Assembly: GCA_018985225.1 (NCBI GenBank)
Contig: JADGIF010000523.1
Span: forward strand, 1 to 7,226
Length of the DNA: 7,226 nt
Source: Amoeboradix gromovi X-113
Lineage: Eukaryota; Fungi; Sanchytriomycota
Direction of reading: 5' to 3'
Both the position numbers and the translations under genes were made by a program. Of this stretch, positions 1 to 5,283 are shown one piece after another. The notes beneath the pieces were generated by a model. It was not told the origin of the DNA. It saw only the letters and a list, made by a program, of their open reading frames with translations, and made no database searches. Position 1 is the stretch's first letter, and every line of letters begins with the position of its first letter.

Positions 1-2
1 GT

Positions 3-296
3 CTTGAATATTACTTTGTCCAAGGAAATCAATGTAGGAAATTCATGACAAGCATTATTTGTGAGAGAAACAACATTTGGACTCGCTCTGATAAATTGCT
101 AATCAATATTGCACCACTTGAAGCCATTAAAATGCTGCCCCATATAGGAGACAAGATTGCAAAGAGGATCTTTGATATTCGTGAAGAATTGGGCCAAATT
201 GACTCGCTTGATATCTTGGTAAATCATTATAATAGTGATGGTTTGAAGTTGGGGAAACAACCTAAAGACACACTGAGAGATTATATTATATGGTAA
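3..296 (+). CDS. 3' part of a protein ending in a helix-hairpin-helix DNA-binding domain (ComEA/HHH_3-like); 5' end probably outside the window
   Basis: The frame is open from base 3 (LEYYFVQGNQCRKF-MTSII...) to TAA 294-296. LLINIAPLEAIKMLPHIGDKIAKRIFDIREELGQIDSLDIL matches the HHH_3/ComEA pattern ININxAxxEELxxLPGIGxxxAxxIxxxRxxxGxFxSxxDL. Confidence 0.75.
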   Translation, partial: LEYYFVQGNQCRKFMTSIICERNNIWTRSDKLLINIAPLEAIKMLPHIGDKIAKRIFDIREELGQIDSLDILVNHYNSDGLKLGKQPKDTLRDYIIW

Positions 297-348
297 ATAG
301 ATTAGTTCAAGTATATTTATGTTGTAATTGCGATACACTCCTTGTTTA

Positions 349-934
349 ATGGAATATGATGCTGTAGATCAAGAAATTCAATGGACCCAGGTCACTTGTA
401 ATGGCGGTGTTCTACCTCGTTTAATGTGCGTTCAGGCAGATACAAATGATCCTAGAGGTCTTCCACTGTATCGCCATCCTATCGACGAGGATGGTCCTTC
501 TATTTTGAAATGGACTCCCCTAGTTGAAAAGATCAAATTGCAACTGGAGAATGAATATAAACAATCATTAAATCATTGTATAATTCAGAAATACAGGAAT
601 GGAGATGATTTTATAGGAAGACACAGTGACAAGACTATGTATTGATTACCAATAGAGCAAAGAAAATCAATAATGACAATGTAGTATATAATTCTTTGAC
701 TCAGATTAATTGCTGAAGATTGCAAATCTGTTAAACTACCTACCAAACTTAGAGCACCAGAAATTCTGCAAAGGGTAGAAATAATGTTTGCCTTTATTGC
801 CACTGCTAAATTCTAAATTGTTGATATTGCGTTATTCCTCGAATGTCTTTAAAGAATTGATCCAAACCGACGCGATAATCTTTAAATCGATTACACGGAA
901 AGCATTTAGGAGTAGAATATCAAAGTGATTCAAA
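349..934 (+). pseudogene. Decayed AlkB-like 2OG-Fe(II) dioxygenase (2OG-FeII_Oxy_2; the fungal family often fused to isochorismatase)
   Basis: 349-638 encodes EIQW...GGVLPRLMCVQ...PLYRHP.DE...WTPLVEKIK...LNHCIIQKYRNGDDFIGRHSDKT, matching the recalled family pattern GxVPRLVxVQG...PxYRHPxDE...LNHxLIQxYRxGxDxIxxHSDKT with the HxD iron ligands. A phase-compatible GT(639)..CAG(704) intron continues it as HSDKT-ILIAEDCKSVKL (cf. HSDKTLDI..S.IVN). Degenerate motifs follow in order: LRA 748-756 (cf. LGA), CL*RIDPNRR 844-873 (cf. WLHGIxPDKR, distal His replaced by a stop) and, after a frameshift, AFRSRISK*FK 902-934 (cf. GERISLTFR). Confidence 0.75.
639..704 (+). other. Putative 66-nt spliceosomal intron in the AlkB pseudogene
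   Basis: GTATTG donor at 639 and CTCAG acceptor ending 704. Phase 2 on both sides; removal deletes three in-frame stops and restores apparent homology after HSDKT. Confidence 0.5.
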
Positions 935-1118
935 GGGCAATAATGGCATTCCGTAAATAAATTGATTTAATATTTTATTTAATTGTAAATTCTTCGAACT
1001 GTTCCTGTAAATGGTGTATATTGAATGTGGGTCACTCTTCATTTCAAATGGGATCACGCAACGCCCGACGTTTTTGATGTATTTTACTATCGAATTGAAA
1101 TGGGATTTATAATGTAAT

Positions 1119-1170
1119 GGCGACTTTCGGACTTGGAATCCAAACGCTTTACCAATTAAGCCAATACCCC
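1119..1170 (-). pseudogene. tRNA-like 5' fragment (Trp, anticodon CCA) lacking the T arm and 3' acceptor strand
   Basis: The minus strand reads GGGGTAT-TG-GCTT-AATTGGTA-AAGC-G-TTTGGA-TTCCAAG-TCCGAA-AGTC-GCC. This gives a 7-nt acceptor 5' strand, T8, a perfect 4-bp D stem with GG in the D loop (A-box TGGCTTAATTGG), and an anticodon hairpin with loop TT-CCA-AG. No GGTTCRA T loop or ATACCCC follows. Confidence 0.55.
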
Positions 1171-1432
1171 TCCCACACAAGAGCGAGTATAAATTTAATT
1201 AAAGTAAATGTATATGTAAATTAACATTATTCGTAAACCAATTCACACTTTACCTTCATTAATATACAAATGTGATCAGATAACGCTTTATGTGATCATT
1301 ATTTTTGAGCAGTGACATGGCATAGATTGATGTTTTTATTGAAAGACATTATTATCCCAAGATTGTATTTTTTATGTATATAGGCAAGACATCGAACAAT
1401 ATACTGTTTTAGTAAATAATTTTGCATCACAT

Positions 1433-2089
1433 TCATATTGATTCTTTAATTTTTAAATAAAAACCATTGTTATTGGGAGCATTTATTCTTATTTCTCTAA
1501 ATCTTTCCAAAACTTCATCCTTATTCAATTTTCGCTTTTCCATTATCTCATCTTTTCGTTCTTGCTGCTGTTGACTTTTCTTATCGTCATATCCATGGTC
1601 CTGTGACAGTTGTCGTCGCAACATAATTAATCTCATCACAACAATAAATGTAGCAAACCAGAGTCCCAAATAATATCCGATAATAAGACTCACCAAGATA
1701 TAACAGACAAAAACAGCGAAGAATAGCGCGTAAAATATTTGACGGATAAAATCTCCAATTTGCAGTTTCTCTTGATCATCCATATTATAAGGTGGTGACT
1801 CTCTTTCACGTCCGATATTCGCATCACCATCAAACCATGATCGAATCCATTTTCCAGTTGCTTTCAAGTCTTCATACAACTTTACAAGATGGGAAAACTG
1901 AGACAATGGCTTTAATAGAAACCATATCAAGATGATTCCAACAAGGGTATTTCTAAGTGTCGCATTAACACTTATTGAATACACGCACAATAAAACAACA
2001 CCTGGTCTGCCTAGATTCGCCAGTTTCTTCAGTTGGTCTCTCATTGCAGTTAATGTGACCACCAACTTATGGAAAACCACTTCTACCAT
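1433..2089 (-). CDS. Hypothetical multi-pass membrane protein
   Basis: Long open frame (open to 2170; first in-frame ATG at 2089; the ORF track starts at GTG 2119). Hydrophobic segments GVVLLCVYSISV, TLVGIILIWFLL and IFYALFFAVFVCYILVSLIIGYYLGLWFATFIVVMRLIML are followed by a charged K/E/Q-rich tail. No family recognised. An upstream exon is possible (CAG at 2168-2166). Confidence 0.7.
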   Translation of the reverse strand: MVEVVFHKLVVTLTAMRDQLKKLANLGRPGVVLLCVYSISVNATLRNTLVGIILIWFLLKPLSQFSHLVKLYEDLKATGKWIRSWFDGDANIGRERESPPYNMDDQEKLQIGDFIRQIFYALFFAVFVCYILVSLIIGYYLGLWFATFIVVMRLIMLRRQLSQDHGYDDKKSQQQQERKDEIMEKRKLNKDEVLERFREIRINAPNNNGFYLKIKESI

Positions 2090-2765
2090 CCCCACCAACC
2101 TACGGTAAACCGCCTCCACCCAACCTGTCGCTAACTGATAAACTGGTTCAATGCCTTGTTTGCTTCTGATTTATTCAAGAAATATCAATAAATAGTTATG
2201 TTGTTTATTATTGTGCACATGATGTTTCATTGCTTTATCTTACAGGGAGTGTGCGAGTTGCAGGTCCGAGTCAAAGCAAGTGTTCGTGGTATGAAATGTA
2301 TTATCAAATACTGTGGAATATTACGAATAAATTCCCAGTCTTGCACATAAAGGCCATCAATAATATTATTTATTGGAATATTAAGGCATCACAAAAATCC
2401 ACATGATGCCGTTTGAGACGCCACAAACAAAGTTTCGCATGATGTTACTTCTCTTCCCCATCTCAGGAGTCTCCGTTGACTGCCCCAATATTATAGCACT
2501 GGCCGATAGTTTGAACATGCAAACTGCACAACCAACCATGTATTCTCCACTTGTTATAAGCTGCTGTAATCAAGTCATCTGTGATGGAAATCAACGAGTC
2601 ACCAAAATACCTTGGAGCAGTCTCGGGCTTACTGGCTCAATTAATGCTGCATATTTGCCAGATACATTGAAACAATTATATTTAGATAATAATCAAATTA
2701 CGGGCAGTTTACCAACGAGTTGGCCACCAGGTTTGATAACAATATATCTGATAAATAATAGGTTT

Positions 2766-2854
2766 ACGGGGTCCGTTCCATCTGGATCTTCATTGCCACC
2801 TGGACTAGGTAATTTATATTTGAGTGGTAATATGTTGACGGGGTCCGCTCCATC
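2766..2854 (+). repeat. Nucleotide-level LRR unit duplication
   Basis: ACGGGGTCCGTTCCATC (2766-2782) and ACGGGGTCCGCTCCATC (2838-2854) are 16/17 identical and 72 nt (24 codons) apart. Confidence 0.8.
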
Positions 2855-3413
2855 GCAATTACCAAATACCTTACTCGATTTAGATTTAAGTCGGAATTTA
2901 TAAAATGGTTCCATTCCAAACTCTTTACCGCCCAATTTACAGAGTTTGGATGTAAGTTACAACAAAATAAGTGGAAATGTCCCAGACTTTCCATCTTCTT
3001 TATTGTCTTTACAGTTGGGATATCCAGGTGACTTTGGAAATAGTTTTACCGGATCTGTCGTCTTGAATCAACCGAATTGGTTAGTTATCAATAATAATAA
3101 AATTACAAATGTATTAATCACAGACAGCAGTCAATTAACATTAGCGGCAGGTTCATGTGACTTGTCGAATAATCCATTGCTTGGAAATCCGAATATTGCA
3201 GCTCTAAGTGGAAAGTGTATTATGAATGGATTGTACAGTCCCACAACAGTTTTAAATTTGTCGACTTCCACAGTTAATTTGCAGACAACCACGACTATAG
3301 TGCCAATGACACAAACGACTAGTGTGGCACCAACCACTGTATCAATGCATGCTACTTTGTCGACAATGTTGACATTTCAACCCACGACTGCTCTGGTTTC
3401 AATTACATTGTCA

Positions 3414-3563
3414 AAAACAACTAAAAATGCTCAAACAAGTTCTGTATTGCCTATAGTCATTCCTTCGTCAGAAACAACTACAAATGCGCGAAACTTGCAA
3501 ACCAGTACTGCGTTGCCCTCGATCATCTCATTCTCCGAAACAACAAAAATTGCACAAACAAGT
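3414..3563 (+). repeat. Three imperfect tandem repeats in the Ser/Thr stalk
   Basis: KTTKNAQTS (3414), ETTTNARNLQTS (3471) and ETTKIAQTS (3537); the DNA units share AAACAAC...GC...CAAAC.AGT. Confidence 0.7.
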
Positions 3564-4227
3564 AAAATGTTGGATACAACTGAGTTTGCTACGAGCACAT
3601 CATTTGGTACAAGTGAATCAACGCAGCTACAAGACTTGTCGACAACCATCAAATCATTTGTTTTGAATATAAAAACCATGGAGTCGTTGCCTTTACCGAC
3701 AACATTGCGCAGCGAAATTAATTCAGCAAATAGTACCGCATCAATTTCAGGTGCATCGATGTATTTTTCAAATCAAAATGTCATCACAACGGTCAACAGT
3801 GCCGTATATATAAGTTCACACTCAGCTGCTCTAGTGTCGACAACACTCTTGCAAAATCCAGTGGCTACTAGTACAGTGCACAATATCTCATTGGCAACGA
3901 CATCAGAATTGTATTCAAGTCAGACTGCAACTGGAGTCAATGAAAGTGGTTTTGTTATGTGGATCATTATTGGATCAATTACCGCAGTCATAGTCATGTT
4001 GCTAGGATTGAAACAATTTCAGAAGTACCAGAAAAGGCAGTCGGATTTGAAGAAGATGATTTTGGTAATTTTGGTTTAACTTAGGCAATGAAGGTTGAGG
4101 AATCAATTGAAGTTTAATAAACAGTTTTGCAATAATTCGAATCTTCATTCTCTACTTTACATAGGACAACGCAAGATATTTTATTCGATCTACTAGGGCT
4201 CAACACATACAAAAATAGGCCAACAGA

Positions 4228-4944
4228 ATGTTACATTTAGTCATTGATGTAGTAAATTTGATGGGAATCATTTACACCCAAACTAAAAAGATGAAGGGAA
4301 ACAGCGATGAATTGAAATCATTATTAACGCGTATTTCTTTACTAGAGGGCATTTTGAACCAAATCGTAAACATCGAGACTTCAAAAGGGACTGATTCCGT
4401 ACTGGAACACGTCAAGGAAACCCTGGAATTGATCTTGGAAGAAATAAAAGATATTATAGACAAGAATATTGTGCTTAAATTGGCATTAGCAGGAACCCAT
4501 TCTTCAAATATTGATAAATATCAACACAAGTTGGATGAATTGACAATGCAGTTAAATTTGGCATTTCAAATTGACAGCCGAGTGGAGCAATTCAAAGGAT
4601 CCAAGGCCATGGAACAGAAAATGAGCGCAATATTATCAAAGATGAACAACATTGGCGTGTCTCAAATGAATACAATCCTACAGAATGATCTGCCAGATGA
4701 TTTGAAGAAAGGATTTCAAACGACGATTTAATTGAGCAAACAAGAAACTGTGAACATGAGCACACTTCAGACCTTGCAAGAGAGGATTTTAGTCAAGGAA
4801 ACTGGATTCAAGATTGATTTTATCAGTATAAAGAACTTGGAGTTATCTAATGACACCTGCGGAAAGGGCAGTTATGGTATTGTGTATTTGGGCTACTGGC
4901 AAGGCATTCATGTGGTAAATTTGAGTCATTTAAACATTTGCTAA
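4228..4944 (+). pseudogene. MLKL-N-terminal-domain (4-helix bundle/HeLo-like) protein with linker and the start of a TKL-type protein kinase domain; in-frame TAA at 4729-4731; kinase truncated
   Basis: aa 1-116 (IIYTQTKKMKGNSDELKSLLTRISLLEGILNQI...LEHVKETLELILEEIKDI...LKLALAGTHSSNIDKYQHKLDELTMQLNLAFQID) fit the recalled MLKL_NTD helical pattern. The same frame continues past the TAA to FISIKNLELSNDTCGKGSYGIVYLGYWQGIHV (GxGxYGxVYxGxWxG Gly loop, 4861-4887). No VAxK, HRD or DFG motif occurs before the next gene. Confidence 0.75.
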
Positions 4945-4970
4945 TGCGCTCTTGTCATGCAATTTTCAAG
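4915..4970 (+). other. Putative intron remnant after the kinase Gly-loop exon
   Basis: GTAAAT donor at 4915 (phase 0, just before the expected AxK), fungal-type branch point GCTAAT 4940-4945, first AG at 4969-4970 followed directly by TAA. Confidence 0.4.
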
Positions 4971-5283
4971 TAACAAAATATTGTGTAACATCAAGCTCAA
5001 TTTAGTCTTTGTCTTTATAATATAATTATTGAATTAAACTTCGTTAACATAGTAGCCATACGTCATTTGGTCTATTTTCATACTTGGATTGAAATTAATT
5101 ATGCACCTAGGAGTTTGAACTATTGACCAAGCTAATACCCCAGATAATAAATAACAAAGCCTAAGATTCTAGCTATTATCTTGACTGGCAGTTTCTGATA
5201 AATTTCAAAATTTCGAATGTATAAATTTAAATCGTTTTATGATGTTTAGTGGTCTTTTTCTATTTTAAAGAGTTTCAGACCTC

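Larger units (their letters stand above)
2403..4079 (+). pseudogene. LRR receptor-like type I membrane protein (signal peptide, Cys cap, about 5-6 plant-type LRRs, Ser/Thr-rich stalk, TM helix, short basic tail) interrupted by one in-frame TAA at 2901-2903
   Basis: ORFs 2403-2903 and 2946-4079 are in the same frame and read through as LDLDLSRNL*NGSIPNSLPPNLQSLDVSYNKISGNVP. Repeats follow LxxLxLxxNxxTGSxP. The N-terminus MMLLLFPISGVSVDCP (ATG 2439) resembles a signal peptide. Also seen: CC...C cap, C-terminal cap CDLSNNPLLGNPNI...C, a T/S-rich stalk, and TM FVMWIIIGSITAVIVMLLGL followed by KQFQKYQKR. Confidence 0.85.

Noticed and set aside
291-375. Spliced fusion of the HhH ORF to the AlkB ORF
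   Set aside because: The donor at 293 is phase 2, whereas the acceptors ending at 367 and 373 require phase 1.
751-873. Protein kinase remnant (RAPEIL ... ECL*RIDPNRR resembling subdomains VIII and XI)
   Set aside because: The spacing is too short, there is no DxWSxG, and the same residues fit the expected AlkB C-terminal motifs in the right order.
920-1180. Minus-strand ORF 'MCGR...' resembling a SRAP/HMCES N-terminus
   Set aside because: The start is TTG (really LCGR), no other SRAP motifs are present, and the region is better explained by the tRNA-like sequence.
2901-4731. Alternative genetic code (TAA/TAG = Gln, as in some aphelids and ciliates)
   Set aside because: The 377- and 599-codon ORFs use CAA/CAG for Gln, have no internal TAR and end in TAA. 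The LRR stop lies at a Leu-type position.
5053-5127. VAIR... as the missing kinase VAIK exon
   Set aside because: No AG acceptor lies in a compatible position, the following residues are not kinase-like, and the frame stops after about 24 codons.
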